Part shown: in pieces, positions 49,051 to 63,985 of the stretch
Layout: every line of letters begins with the position of its first letter
Position numbering within the stretch: the stretch's first letter is position 1
Assembly (NCBI GenBank): GCA_040954595.2
Contig: CM082583.2
Location: forward strand, 6,942,849 to 7,006,848
Source: Balanoglossus misakiensis
Taxonomy: Eukaryota; Animalia; Hemichordata
Direction: 5' to 3'
Length of the DNA stretch: 64,000 bases
Notes under the pieces: model-generated
Databases searched by the model: none
What the model was told of the DNA's origin: nothing
The model's input: only the letters and a program-made list of their open reading frames with translations
Translations under genes and position numbers: made by a program

Positions 49051-51907
49051 GACTGCAGTCACATTCCCAAATAGATATTCTTTTTGTTGTTTAGAATAGC
49101 CAGTGTAGAAATAATGTTCAACGTTTACCATTCAAAAAGTTTTATTTCAAAATTGTAGAATAGATATACATGTACAGTATACTGGACAACTACACACTAC
49201 ACAGCAACCTCATTGAGTTCTGACCTTTGGTACATGGTGGTGGTACTAATCCCCTTGTTACTACAAATGGTAGTGGCGTGGGATGAACCCCTCCCACGCG
49301 TACACTATAATCTTTTCATAACCAGTGGCCCAAGTAGCCTGTTAAATTGTTCTCAATTAAGAAATACATAACTTGAAGAGAAAGTATGCCATGTAGTTTT
49401 CTAATATTATCTGCATACAACGGTACAGTTGCCATAGTATAAACAAATTTATAACTTTGACAATCAGTTTTAATGATTATAAATCTCTCCTGGTGATATA
49501 AAGTTTTTCAAATAAAAAACAGTTTCATTCTAATCCAAAGATGCAGGCTATGTACTCAAGTTGTTGCTGACACAAAAATAATGCCTTCAGTTCACATCTT
49601 GTCTCGGCATGTGACCCTAAATGAACTTTTAATGAGGCACCATAGATAGTGCCACTTTTCGTTCATTAATCATAACTGACAGAAAAGACAGTGATTCATA
49701 AGCAAATAAAGAAGGTATATAATAGCATTACAAATATAAAGGCACAATGCTATATTATTATAATTTGATTATGTGGTATAACGTACCAATGGTGAAATAA
49801 ATTGGCTGCCCCAGTCTGAAAATTTTTGAATGAAATTATTCCTTTTTTGTCAGAAACTTTTCAATGTTCAACACCAGTGCATTAGATGTAATGTGTGTGT
49901 CTGATACTGCTGTGATACTGGTCATCAGACTTGTAAGCTATCAATCGCCAGTTGTGAAGAATTCTAATGATCAGGTATATTCCCAGAAGAGTTGTACAGC
50001 AACAGAAATGATGACAGATAAGACAGCAGCTGTAAAGTAATACATGTAGTGAAATGCAGTGTGTTCGAGGGGAAGAATTTACAGAATGTTAAAAAACAAA
50101 GTTGTTTTCAGCAATCTGTATTTCACAGTTCCATCAGGAAATCTTGTTTGAAGGATGTATTCTCTGGTGAGGACATATCTCAGGAGTCAGAATGAAACCC
50201 ACGCATAACTTGACTTGATGATATATCTCATTTCAAATGTCAAAACACTCCAAAATAAATCACCAAGAAATTGAAAAGGAGAATTGACACTTGATCTGTG
50301 TGCAGAATAAAATTAGCTTGTAAAGTAACATGGATTGCTATTCACCCCTTGTGAAATCACTTTACTTGGTATTTGTAGGATCCAGAGAAAATAAATGAAT
50401 TGTAAAGTATCAGTGTAGGAACCTGTCAGCTGTTTTCCCTACAACATGGTGTCACTGAAAAGGGAACTCAAAAAATATCAAAAGGGGAACTTAAACAGAA
50501 AAAAATAGAAATACAGGTGTTGAATTGATGACATGTTATTGGACATTGACAGAGATCATTAAGGATCAAAGTTCTCTCCTTTGCATAAATTAGCATAATT
50601 ATTTCATGTTTGATGAAATGCCATTCAGGTGATGTGTTGTTCTTGAAACTAACAGGTGTCAAGGGGCCACAAATAAAATCCATAAAAAAGATCTATTTCA
50701 ACTTTTGCAAACATTCAGTCTTTTCCAACCTTCATCCCTGCTTTGGGAAATGGCATCTCTACAGTGGGTGATTGAAATTCATTTTGCATTTAAGGTGCAA
50801 TAATATTAAACTGAGCGTTGCAATTGAGAAGTTGATAGGAAACGGTGTGACCGTGCATCAATCTGCAGACAAGCTGCAATCCCCTAGATTGTCTGCAGTC
50901 TAGCGTCACATATTCAATTAGACTTTACTTCTTGTTTTGAAATGTCAGCCAGCTCATTTCATTGTCATTATGAATTGGTATTTTTTAACCTAATGGGATA
51001 GTTTGAAATGTCACGCGTCTCAATACCAGCATGATGATGAAATGATTAAAATCCTGATATTGATGATGTAGTATATTCGTCTAGAGTGACTTAATTTGCC
51101 TTTCATTTGTGTTTTCTGAGTCCATTATTGTATTAATATGCATGATTGTTGTACTGCAGACATAAAACCATCAATAGCTGTAACTTTTGACTGTTTTAAT
51201 TAACATTCTTTAGGATTTGTTTATCAGGTAGTTTTCTGTTCTACTCACTAGAACATGCTAATTGTAAAATGTTTTGCCAGCCAGAGTTACTAGTGACATA
51301 CACAAACTAATTCCTACATTGAGGATTTAACTAAACATGATAATAATTAGATTATATATTATGAAACTTATTCTTTTGCTAATTAATGTCTCATAACCAG
51401 CAGTGGTTGGTGCAAGTGTATTACATCTGATTGTATGATAAAGACGTAACGTTGTCTGCTGCCATTGCCAAGTGCGTAGACATATCATATCTGGATTAGT
51501 TCCGTATTGATTTGGTTTATAATTGCATAGTTCAGGAGGAACATTAATTAAGCATGCTTTTAGCCCTTATTGATCTACAGTTGCCTACTGAGCATTCTCA
51601 AGCATGTACAGGAATCTAGTTTGATTCTGCGCTGTTTTAAATTCACAGGGCTTGATCTGTGTGTTTTGCTCTGCAGGAAAGGTCAACTGCCTCTGATCTT
51701 GGATTTCTTCGTGATGCAAGCTGGATGCAGCCCAGGCCACTTGCAGTTCTCACAAAATGAGAACTTGATCGATATCCCAGTCTCTGATATCAGCCTTTCT
51801 CATTCCCTCCCCATTTTATTTTTGGTTTCAGGTTGATTTTTTCAGTGATGTCAGGTCACAGAGTGTGAATTTGATGAGAGTGGACAGAGATAACCGACCC
51901 TAGAGTC

Positions 51908-54900
51908 ATGTCACAATCATGGGCAGATGAGATTTTCTCGGACTTTGTGAAGGAGACTCAAGCCGACCCAGGGTTGGCCAGGGATCTTTTAGAAGGTGAG
52001 TCAAATCTTCCAAATTTTTGTCCTTTCTTTTGTCCAGACACTTGTTCAAGGGTGCAAGAGATGTTGGCTTTGATCCTCTAGCTTCTTGTATTTTGTGAAT
52101 TTATATCTTCATGTGGTACCATGCATCCTCACCCCACTAAACACTATATGTCACCATGCTTGATATTTTGACAGAGCTATTCAGATATTTCGCCTTAGGA
52201 AAACTATAGCACTAGGAGTGCAAGAAAAGTGCTGACTCAGCATTTTTTTAAACAAAATTTGAGACCCCCTAACTGAAAAAGTACATGTACAATGTAGCAT
52301 GGGAAAACACTGTTTTCTCTCTATATTTCCTTTAACATTCATTGATAAACAATATAAAAATCAGGAAAATGACAATATTCTAAATTTTTTTGTAGTCCAC
52401 TACATTAAAACCACCATCTTATGGTCAGGTGTCATTGTTTTGAACGGTATAAATGGACCCTCCCACAGAGAATTATGCGTGAAAGAATGTTATGATCTGG
52501 AATTGATGGACAAGGACTGATAACAAAAGAGATTAAAGAGTGATATAACTTGATAAAAGAATTAAACATTTGTTAATTTGTAAACCAGAGAGAGATTTGG
52601 TTGGCCATAGCTGGAAATAAGATATAATGTTCACATGGAGGTAGGTTGCAGCCAGTTTGTGGTTAGTCCAAAGCTGTTGACCCTTTTCTGTAGTTCAAAA
52701 GTGTTTGCACATCTTGAAAAGTGACCATCAAAGAGAATCAATGTGCTACCTGCGACCAGTTATCAAACAGGTATGGAATGGGTTCTTGTTTGTATGTTTG
52801 GGTCAGAATTAAGATATCGGCCTTTGTACTGTGAAATACCATAACACAGTCTAGTGATCATTTATCTACAGTCTGTCGCTCTGTGTGCAATTTGACCATA
52901 AGTTTGGGATTCTGGTCCTTAGAATGAACACTACAGAGTGTTTTATTGCATTCATTTTGAATTCAGAGCATCAGTTACTTTATTACTCCATCTCTGTGAT
53001 TGCCCCAATTCTGTTATGAATGACTCACTGTGTCTCCAAGGATCAACCATCAAGATCATACGTTTAGCTTTGTTTTAAGATCTCTAAGGCTAACTTCAAG
53101 CCAAACAGCTTTATTTGACTATTGGGCAAACTTGGATTTGGACTTTGAATTTGACTGTGAGTGGAATCCAAAGGTTGCTTTCTCAACAGTCTATTTTCAT
53201 CAAAGTACGTCATTTTTTCATCAATAGACTGCCGGTACTTGTTTATAGGATATAAGACACGAGCAAACTTATGTCAACTGCAATTAATTTTTGTAAAGAA
53301 TTTTTACTTCAGATGATAAATTTTTTTTTTACAGTTGATTCACAAATCTCAGTCTCAAGTAGGCTGGGTGGCATCAAGGATATGTCCTCCTCAATGTGAA
53401 ATTAATTCTGGCAGAGATTCATTTACATGTACCATCATTAAACGCATCCACGATTGTTGTGTGACTGAAGTCTGATATCCTGAGTTCCAGCCAGCAGTGT
53501 TCCGATTCAAATATATCGCACGCTTAACTACATGTAAATGTTGAATGATTGCAGTTGTTGCAGCTATTGGCGCCCGAGTCTACATACCACAATTGACACT
53601 CTGATGAGGTGAATTAACGACTACCATGAATTATGCACGATGCCGGCCGGAAGACCGGGCTTTTCTCGTGAGGTCTCGGCGAAATATTTGAGTCAAGAAT
53701 TTAGTGGAACATGCCACGGTAGTGTCAATGAGCCTGTAAGACTACACCTTCGACCTCAGAGAGAAATTTAAATTGACAGTTGGAGTAAAAAGTTTGCCAT
53801 AGGACGTTATTATTATTCCCCGGTGCGCACGTTTGTATTTCTATATGCCATTTTATGACCTGCCAGAGCTTGTGGTATCCAATATACTTCAAGCAGCATG
53901 TCTTCAGATTTTATGACGGCCTGTTTCATATTTGTGTCAATCACAGTGAAATTTTATGACTATTGCCACCAAGTTGGTTGTTTGTCTGGTTATCTCTCGA
54001 AGTTGGAATAGGTGTCGTGAGACAGAAGGGGATATTATCACCGTGACAACAGATATGCTGTGTTTTTGTGCATACGTCAGTAGATGGCTTATCTACTTTT
54101 AATAAAAAAACTCCACTATAAAAAGGTTCTCAATAATATATCTCTTAGTCTGTTTTAAAAGTATAGTCATGGTTGTATACAAGAGTCAGTAGCCAACAAA
54201 TCAACTTGATTTGTGCTTGAACCATTTAATATTTCTCAAATTGTCGTCTGCTCAAAAGAATCAATTGCAAACTGTCAGCCCCTGGCTTCTTTCATGCCAA
54301 TTTTGAATGTTAATAGCGACACCCCCTGAAGACAACATATTATGGTATAGCATTGCCATTTTTCGAAGTTGCCTGCACCGGTGAAAGATTGTTTCTCCTC
54401 TGAGTCTGTGGTTTGTAGGAGGGGACAAGTGTGTAACTCAAAGGTCAGAGATAAAGTCAACAAGAAACTTACTGAGTTGCAGGTGTGTGTTGTCGTGTAT
54501 CATGGTGCTAATTTGAGAGCACACTTACCTTCCGGTATGTCACAGAATTACATGTTTGAAATTTAAATGAAAGACTGTTAATAAGAGCAGCTGTGAATGT
54601 TCTCAGATGATTGGAATTAATGTCCAGTCTTTAATGCTGACCAACCCACAACCATGCTGAGAATGCAGACTTGAAGTTGAACAGACTAATTGAGACTGCC
54701 AACACTTGCAAGACATAGGCTGATTTGCACATGTAGATTTGTTCTCTGACTATCAAATAATCAACCAGTCTGCTCAAAGCCATTTCCTACATGCATGAGA
54801 TGATCTGATTCCAGAATCTCGACTTCAAATCTGTTCTGTCCACATAAATAGTGAAAAGAGAACTCCTTCAATTAAGATGTCTGACTATGATGGTGCGTAA

Positions 54901-57900
54901 TTTAAGAGGAAATACAGCCAGAGGTTTTAAACTGTGGCGTGGATTTGATTTATAAAGACAGGTTTAAGATATCTTGATAGGTTTACGACAACCCCTTTTT
55001 AATGCCAAATTTCTTGGCCAAATAATTTTTTATACCAAAGACCCTTTCATGAATGGAATGATTTTTCCATGAAGTAGAGTTTTAAAAGCAAAGTGAGGTC
55101 AATTTATGAAGCTGACAGATTCTCTTGCCTTGTGAACAAGACGCATTATGATGGCCTTAAACTTTCCTGCCGAATCTCAGTCCTTTAACTATTAAAGTCT
55201 GTACCTAGGGATAAAGTTTAATACTGAGATTTACATTTCATATGGATTGACTGTCTATTGCTGAAAGCGTCGATCCCGGTCACCATTATAAGTCCATCGA
55301 TATTCATGCCGTGATCAATTTTGACCATCGGGGTGGAATGTGTAACTTGAGGGTCGTATTCTGGATGACTCATCGCCTTGTAATAAAAAGTCATGTCACA
55401 TTTCAAATGAGTAATTTCCATTCGCAATTAAGGGCCCATTTAACTTTGACACCAGTTGTTTAGGGTCACGTTTCATGCATGCATGCTCTGCTGTGACTGG
55501 CATCCTAGACATAATACGAGATAGAAACAGGATCTGGGATGCGTGTATACCTTACATGATATATATGTAGTCTTCACACCAGAGACATTCCCGTAAGACG
55601 ATCATTGCCCTTTAAATGTGATATTTGCTATCGTTGGGCTAAATTGGGGTTTCCTGTCAGATAAACAGGTGTACATGTATTTTCTCCTTCATTTCAACAG
55701 AAATGACATAAAGCAGGTAAAAGTATTTCGATAAAAAGTATTCATTATTCAACAGACCTTTACTCTGCAGACCTTTACTATTTGCACTAAGATGGACGCA
55801 TTGAATAGGTTACTGACCTCAGCTCAGTGAGAACAAAAAAGTAGAGTCATTAATGTTCATGCCAGCCTGGATTTCCACACTTATTATGTAAAGCGACACC
55901 AAGTAACCTTAAACCAGGTGAAAATTCGCTGTCACAGCTGGCTTCTGTTTTAATGACTGTGTACTCAAGGTAACCCAAGGGACTGACCGACTAATAAAAT
56001 GGTCAGGAATTACCATACATGTGAAGTATGTGTTTACTGTTCTGGAATGCATTTCAAGGCAATAACCGGCAGTGACAGATTAAAACGGTGGAAGTTGTAA
56101 AAGCTAAAGCGTAATGCTGAACTCAGTAGTCTTAGCAATACCATTAAAGGTTTAACGTCAGTTGTCACCTTTCAGAAAAAAACAAGGCCTTCGAAGATTA
56201 GGAATTATTTTATTGGAAATGGAGTATGAGGTACATTAATTGCTACCTTACTTATAATGCAAAATTCATTGAAGCGTTATGCTTATGCAGTGAAGGGCAC
56301 AACCCAAGATTGACATATACATTTGTGTACATTGTACATGTATCATCCTCTCCCAGAATGACAGCTGTCAAATATTTTATTGGAAACAGAGTCTCTTAAT
56401 GACCTGCTCATGTTATTTTTCTTGAGTATTTTGTAGAAAATGTAGTGTATGGAAAATGGTGGAATTGACTCATAAATCTAAACATCTTGTTTGTTGATTC
56501 CAGCCAATGATTGGGATGCTGTCAAGGCGTTGATAGACTACAACAAACTCAGCTGGGATAAGAAACAGACGCCGCCGAAGACCAGAGTTGCGCCCATGAA
56601 CTCAAAGCCTTCCTCACTTGCGACTTCCACCGGAAGCACGGACAAAAGCACAGCAGTGGGCGGCCAAAGACAGGGAATGCACGCCCCGCCCTCAACGGAT
56701 GAGGTAGCCAATAGCAGGAATATGTCTGTGAGTAGGAAAGGAGTGTTGGAGAGATCCGTTGCTGTGGATGAAGTTATAACTCCGGAATCGCCAAGAGGTA
56801 CGTACCAGGCATGGGAATGTTCTCGGTTTCACTATATGGAAGATTGCAAGTTCATACGCTTCCAAGAAGGCCTAAGAAAGTCCCCATCGGGTACTTGTAT
56901 GTGGCCATGAATGATGTCATCATTTTTCATGAATATGCTAATAAACAATTTGAATATTCAACATCTTTGTGATTTTGATAAAGTAGGGTAAAAAATTCTT
57001 AAAGTGTGACAAGAACCACTAATACATGTATCATGTATCAGTTAGCTCATCAATACTTTGTTTGTTCCCGCATCCACAGAGAAACGTTTGACCAGAGGCA
57101 TCTCCCGGGCCAATGCACCGCTGATCGATAAAGCCAGGACACAGGTCAAAGTTGACGAAGACAACCAAACACCTGGATTGATAGACACTCCTGTATACAC
57201 GTTTGTACTGCCAGACCTATCCGTCTACGATGACGACTTCCGGTCGTTTCTTGAGAAAGATCTGATTGAGACTGCTATGTTAGTCACTTTGGAACAAGCA
57301 GGTACCCTATGTTTCAACTTATCCATCCTCCCTGACATCGCTATAGAAGTAAAGAAACAAGGATGGAAGAGAAATGAGTGTGCTCATATTGACGGACTGA
57401 CTTCCTTTATTCTTGACAGGCCGTCTAAATTGGTGGGCTCAAACGGGCACATGTGACAGACTCTGGCCAATGGCAACCACTGGAGATGGAAATTGTCTCC
57501 TTCATGCTGCTTCCTTAGGTAAACACGTATGTTCTTGTATTTCGATTCAGTAATGTAGTGAGAAATGTTCACTTTGTATCAATGTGGTCTTCATCCTATT
57601 TTCTCCAAGTAAAACCAAACGTGATTGTTTTTGGCTTATTTTATTTGCACAACTTCCAGGCATATGGGGCTTCCATGACAGGCTGTTGACCCTTCGTAAA
57701 GTGCTGTTTTCCATGATGTCTGCTGGGGCCAAAGTGGCGGGCTTTAAACGGAGGTGGCGATATTACCAAACCCAACTCAACAAAGAGGTAATTATGGTCC
57801 TAATGAACTCGCCCACAATGCAAATTTGTCAGACGAGTCAGGTTTCTGAGGTCCATGATTTGAACTTTGAACTTGGTATTGTTGGTGCAGAATTTCTTTA

Positions 57901-60416
57901 CTCCACCTCATATCATTTAATTGCCAAATACTGATGAGAATGAAGGCGACACTCGGAACGCAATTTATTTGAATGTTTTTCTCTGCTATGTCTTCATAGT
58001 CTGGTTTGGTGTACAGTGAGAGCGAATGGGAACAAGAGTGGGACAACTTATTGAAACTTGCCAGCATCAATCCAAGGTCACGTCGAAAGAGTACTTTGCA
58101 AATGACAAGGTGAGTACCTACATCAATCCCATTTCTTACTAAATGAAGGGATTTGCTTATTTCATTTCAGAACGTTCTTAATGGGTCTTGTCTGAAGGGG
58201 GTACATGTATTATCCTATCACATATCATCTGTAATCTTTGTTACGATTCATCCTCATTTGTATTCTACAGTTCACTGTCATCTGTCTCCGAGGATCCCAC
58301 TGCTAAGGTCGATGAACAAGAAGATGAGAACTGCACCTATGAAAGTCTGGAAGAATTCCACGTCTTTGTCCTCGCTCACGTCCTTCGCCGACCGATCATC
58401 GTCGTGGCAGACACTGTGCTCAGAGACTCGAACGGTGAAGCCTTCGCCCCGATTCCGTTCGGGGGAATTTACCTGCCCCTGGAGTGCAAAGAAACCGAAT
58501 GTCAGAGGTCGCCGCTCGTGCTCACTTACGACGCGGCTCACTTCTCGGCACTTGTTGCCATGGAGAATGACACGGCTGCTCCCGATGAGGATGAGGCCAG
58601 GAAGCCCAGAGGTAGGAGTCTGAGAAAACCTCCAAACAAAGTCTCCATGTAATCAATCTTTCAATGTTAAAATACTGTGCAGGAACAATATGACAGCTCT
58701 GCATGTACACTGTCCATGATCAGTTGGGTACAGAAATTTATATGAAATAGCATATCTTGGGACGTGACATTTACAGCTTCAGTACACATGCATAAGTTGT
58801 GAAATCAATATATCTTGTGCATCATGTGTACAGAGCTATAACAGGCAATATATTAGTATGTTTGTGTGAATTGATTAATTGGAATAACTTTTCATATTCT
58901 TTTCATCATGAAATGGAAGAATTCACCTTTTGCCTATACGATGATGGATTGAGTTTAAATAACATTTGCATTTATCAGAAGCAGATGGTGAGGCAGTATC
59001 TAATTATGTTTCTGTGCTGATATTTTATCATCTTTTTTTTGTCCCACTGCAGTTGTAATTCCACTGACAGATGCAGAACGCAAGCTGTTACCCATACACT
59101 TCAGTATAGACCCCGGAGCGCAGTGGAACTGGCAGAAGGACGGCGAGAATCCGGAGAAAGTGAAAAAGCTGATACTTTCCGAGGAAAAGAACGTGCAGTT
59201 GTTGAACCGATACCTGGATGTGATTCTTGTGCCCATGAGTTTCTGCGACCCCGCGAACTCAGCGAGAGTGGAGCCCTCGGAGAGAATGGAGACTGGAAGC
59301 AATAAATCCGACGAGAACAGGTCGACTAATGGATCGTACGACTCGCTGGACACGGCCCACAAGGTCAAAGGCACGAAGCAGAAATCGGGACCTTTTGCGG
59401 CCATGAAGTCCAAGCTGTTCGGCGGGAAGAAGAAGAACCCCAAGAAGAAGAACTCGGACTCCAGCGACGACGGCTCCAGCAGCGGACAGAGCAGCGTGTC
59501 GGGGAGCGTGGCGGCGTCCGACAAGCCGAAGGAACGGAAACTGCAGAGCTGCGACGACCTGAGGAACGAGAACTTCATCGCGGCGGCCAAACTGAGCAAC
59601 AGGAGGCACCAAATCCAGCAGGAGATGGTGGAGAACTACTTGAAGACGGCCGAGGAGCGGCACCGCAGAGAGAAGGAAGCGAGGCGCCAGCAGGGAAACG
59701 GACAGCGCAGACTGGGCGGTAACGCAAACGCAAAGCCCACGAAGTGCATCACCCCGAAATGCGAGATGTACGCCACCGCGGATACTAACTACTTGTGTTC
59801 CGGCTGTTACGGAAAACACAAACGAGCGGCCGAGTACACGGCGCCGGGGCGGTCAAACTCGTACAATCCGCACAGCGAGGAAACCAAAGTGGTGGGATCG
59901 TCCGCCGCGAGTCTCGGCGTTCAAAAACCACTGGAGAAAAGATTCAGTGCGCCCAGTAACGTTGTGTTGCACGACAAGCAGAAATCGCCAGTGGACAACT
60001 ACATAACATCAGTCAACTCAGGAGGTAAAAGCACCAACACCTCCAGTGTGGTCACAGACGTTCACGGTGGACCCATACCCAACAAGAACCTGACCTCGAT
60101 ACGTAGCACCAAATCGCAGATGCCCGACCCGGACGAGATCGAAGTACTTAGCGACGAGGACGACGTGAACGCAGCCGTGATGAACCAGGTGCAGTTTCGC
60201 AGCAAACCCAAAGCGTCGTACGTCAGGGATAAAGGACACCTCACCGGTAATCCGAGCTATAAGGGTGTGACGTCGTCAAAAATGCGGTCTGTGCCAAAGC
60301 AATGCAAATCACCTAACTGTCAGTTTTTTGGCACGGAAGAAACTGACTTCTACTGTTCTACTTGTTTCAGAGAAAGACAGAGAACTCGAGCCATGATGTT
60401 TAGCTACAAATCTTAA
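51908..60416 (+). CDS. OTUD7B: OTU domain-containing protein 7 (Cezanne; OTUD7A/B pro-ortholog): UBA, OTU and two A20-type zinc fingers
   Basis: Exon 51908-51995 ([29 protein letters not shown]) joins 56504 (ANDWD), giving the Cezanne UBA. Also [21 protein letters not shown], catalytic [52 protein letters not shown] and His motif [14 protein letters not shown]. The last exon, 59052-60416, carries two CxxxxCxxxxxxxxxxxCxxC fingers. Confidence 0.93.
55428..55615. mobile_element. Possible small non-autonomous DNA element (TTAAGGGC...GCCCTTTAA)
   Basis: Short inverted termini flanked by TTAA. The last 22 bp (TAAGACGATCATTGCCCTTTAA) are identical to 2260-2281. Confidence 0.4.
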
Positions 60417-62721
60417 AACTGCGAAATGTTTTGTGAAATTTGGCAGTTTTAAGGATGAACGTGGGTAATTGTATGAAAAAGGAAATTTTTTAGTAAACTC
60501 TTTACCGGTATTTATTTGATCTGCATTTCTGGAGTTTCTTCTGGATTTATTACCGTCACACCTTTTACATATTTCTAACACATTTTTTCTCAGTTCCTAA
60601 CCATCCGGTCAGACATCATGTTTAAAATATGAATATCGCAGTGAATGCATATTTATTTATTAAAGGATATCACATAGACATGGTTGAGATGGTTGACCAT
60701 GCATAGCAGTCAAGTATTCCACAGTACATGTATATTGCTGATTTTGAAAATCTATCCGTAGTGACGTGTTGAAATATTTTGTCCACATTCATGTCAACAC
60801 CTCCAACATGCTGTGAAATTTTGGGGAATTAGCAACAAAATGAGTGGTATAATAGGTGTGTTGTATTCTGCGAATGGGAGAATAGTGCTTTATTTTTTAA
60901 TCCTGAAATATTTTGATGAATTTCTGAATGGTAGGCCTTGATTGAAGATCGCTTTGAGCGCAACAGCTGGCAAAGTGACAAGATGCACTTATCTCACAAT
61001 TCAGTCTAGGATTTCACATTTGGTCGGCTATCACTGAAAGTGCTGGTTTGATCGTATGTTTGCTGTCATCATGAGTTCAATGCTTTCACTTCAGATGATG
61101 TCAGTGTTACTACGGTAATGGGGCCGAACCATTTGACATCCGGGGAGCTGAAAGATTTTGTGAGAAGATACTGTTCACATGTGGGAGAAGATTGTCCACA
61201 CAGCATAGGGCGAAGAAATTCTCACACTTAATATGATCATTGATGCTCTCAAAGATTTTGCTTTTAGTTTTGCAGTGTCTTCCATTCGCCCCCACCCACC
61301 CATCACCCCCTCCCCCAAGTGAAAGATCCCTGTCACCATTTCACTTAGAGTGCCCTGTTAGTTTCTTGAGGGTACTGTCCTCTGTGTTATCTAATACAGA
61401 AGTAGACAGACTTTTATTTTCAGTGGCGTAATTGACTTTAGCCAGAACATTCTATCTACAAAACAAGCACTTGGCTTTTTAACCCTGTTTCACAGTTATG
61501 GGTAATTGTTGATTTTACTGTTTCAATCTTGTGGTGGTTTAATTTTGTTATATTGTTTACTGTTTGGTCTATTTACAATGTTTTTTTCTTATTAGGTGCA
61601 AATCAGTGACAGATTATTAAAGAGGGCCACTGTCACTGTCACAAAGTGTGGTGATTGAATAGACTGCTTGATTTGTTTTCTGACACTGATCTGCATCTGT
61701 GTATTTCACTCAGCTGACTGGCGTTCATTTTACATGCTGGCGGTATTGTATTTCAATTTCAACAAAACTTACGTGCTTCTGAAATTTCATTTATCACAAC
61801 CTTCTTTTATTATTCGCGCTGCTTCTGAAAGGACAGTGATGTACCTGATATACACGTAAAGAGTACAAGGTACAGAGTTCATTTGTGTGTCTGTTTTGTC
61901 TATCCTCTACATGCAGTGTATTTGAAGTGGTATAAATTTTGTCTTTGTTGTTTGATGTAAATATTCTTGGTTTTTATCTGTTGATGTGTACATATTACTC
62001 AGTTTATTTTGCTTTGGCCAAACGTCACCTGAAAAACAATTTACACAGTGTGAAAACAACCGGGTAAAACCTGTCTGACAGAGAGGGCACTACAACTGAA
62101 ACATGAAAATTTTGCACCTTTTTTTGTCTGTATATTAGTAGGTGAATGCAAACTAAGTAGATGAGTTTCCTCTCATTGACGAGATCTCGCAAGACTTCGT
62201 TAATTACTGTAGCAACAGCTTGCTAGCCAAGTAATGCAAGTCAAAACTAGAATAGGTGCAGAGTGTAACAATAATTATGACTTTTGTGCTGTTTAACATA
62301 ATGGGCCACATATTGTTTGTCCTGTGTCAAATGGTATGATTATCAACTAAAAATTATCAACTTTAAACACCCTTTGAGCTCACCTCTTTCCAGCATTCTG
62401 GAAATTGACAATCGTAGAAGTTAGATTATCCTTCCATTCTGGGAATTCAGTGGATTGAAATATTGGGCTGGGGTTTTATACACAAACATGAATCCTCAGA
62501 GCTTTTTATAAAGGCCAATTGATGAATGAACAGTGCAATGTGTAGCAGTAGCAGGGGCTAATTTGATACTTTGTAATTTTATTCATATTCCGAATCATTT
62601 TCAAGTCTTCAAATTCAACTCAAGGTTCCAACCAGAAATTTTCTTGGAAGAGAAGTTGTTTTGCAATGTGTATCAAGGTTTGTTTGACATGGGAAAATGA
62701 TATGTTGTGAATTGTATGGTC

Positions 62722-62814
62722 GTAACCCTTCTACCACTATGGTTTGGTCTAATTACATTGTTCTCAATGATAATGCCTGACGTTCTTTCAGGGGAATGGG
62801 GGCTGAGGGATTGA
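62722..62814. mobile_element. Degenerate third copy of the TTAA-CCC MITE-like element
   Basis: TAACCCTTCTACCACTATGGTTTGGTC...CATTGTTCTC..GGGGAATGGGGGCTGAGGGATTGA parallels 47351-47442. Confidence 0.55.
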
Positions 62815-63768
62815 GTATATTTCTCACTATCAGTTCTACAGTGTGATAATTACTACATGCAAATAAATGCAAAATGATTCAAAAGACATTGGAATTACGG
62901 GTCAGAAAGCATTTCTGTAGCCGTAAAGACTGCCATCTATGGTGGATAGTGGGGTTACTTTTGTTTTCACATGAACTTACTAGTATTTTCGTTTAATGGT
63001 AACGATTATTTTCCTGTCTTTGGAGAACAATGCTGCTCGACAGAGGTGCGAGATGCAGCTAAAACTCAACATCAAAAATATATCACCGAATTTTTCTTAA
63101 TGTTTCTTAAAAAATGTTTGTTTATACTTCATGTAAGCAGTGCAGACGAAGAGTCACAGTTGCTGACTTTGGATAAGATCATTTGTAAGAATTTGACCAA
63201 CAGGTGTGACAGTTTTGATAACGAGATATTATTATTATTCATTTGCGCGTAACTGACCTATCAGTGGGCTCAATGGACGTTCGATTGGCAGGATTTGGTA
63301 GTCTCTGCCTGATTGGCCACCTGCAATCATGTGATGCTATGTGTGACCAATCACAATGCCCCTACTGTGTATCATGTGCAAATAAACTCACCATATCACA
63401 ATTTGCACTGACAATAGAAAGTTTCCTTCATTGTAATGTTTGTTTGTAAATAGAAGAATTATCTGTACCGAAAGAGTAGAAAATTCAGTCCACATATAAA
63501 CCATAGTATCTATACCTATCACATGTTAAATTTACAAATTATACAAAGGAATTGTTTTTCCTATATGTGATGTAAATACTAGCATTGTACAAAAGGAAAC
63601 TACTGTCTCAGAGTAGATCTTAAACTGTGAATTTGTAGTTTAACAAGGAGCTGTTCACTCCTGCCATGATAGACAGGAGTCTGGTGTATATTATTTATTT
63701 AAACTGGGAACTTATTAAATTGGTATGTAAATGATATTTCCTCGTGGGTGATAATTTTGTATTCAACA

Positions 63769-63791
63769 GAGTGAGTGAGTGAGTGAGTGAG
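63769..63791. repeat. (GAGT)n microsatellite
   Basis: Directly visible. Confidence 0.85.
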
Positions 63792-63972
63792 CCAGTGTGT
63801 GTGAATATCTATGTCGGACTGTCAATACTGTCCGACAACTATTTGTTTTGTCCTTGATGGACTGTGGGTCATAGTTCGAAGTTCATAGATGTGACCGCGA
63901 GGGGTGGGCAATGGACTTTCGACGTGTCCAGGTACGCCCGCAGGTCTGGGGCACGAAATGCACAACATGAAA

Positions 63973-63985
63973 ACTACAATTCCCA
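63973..63985 (+). promoter_or_regulatory. ACTACAATTCCCA motif (ZNF143/Staf-THAP11-type promoter element), probably the promoter of the next gene
   Basis: Exact match to the ACTACAnnTCCC consensus within a CpG-rich stretch at the window end. Confidence 0.55.

Noticed and set aside
59000-59819. 199-aa and 186-aa minus-strand ORFs
   Set aside because: They are antisense to the GC3-rich last exon of OTUD7, an expected artefact.
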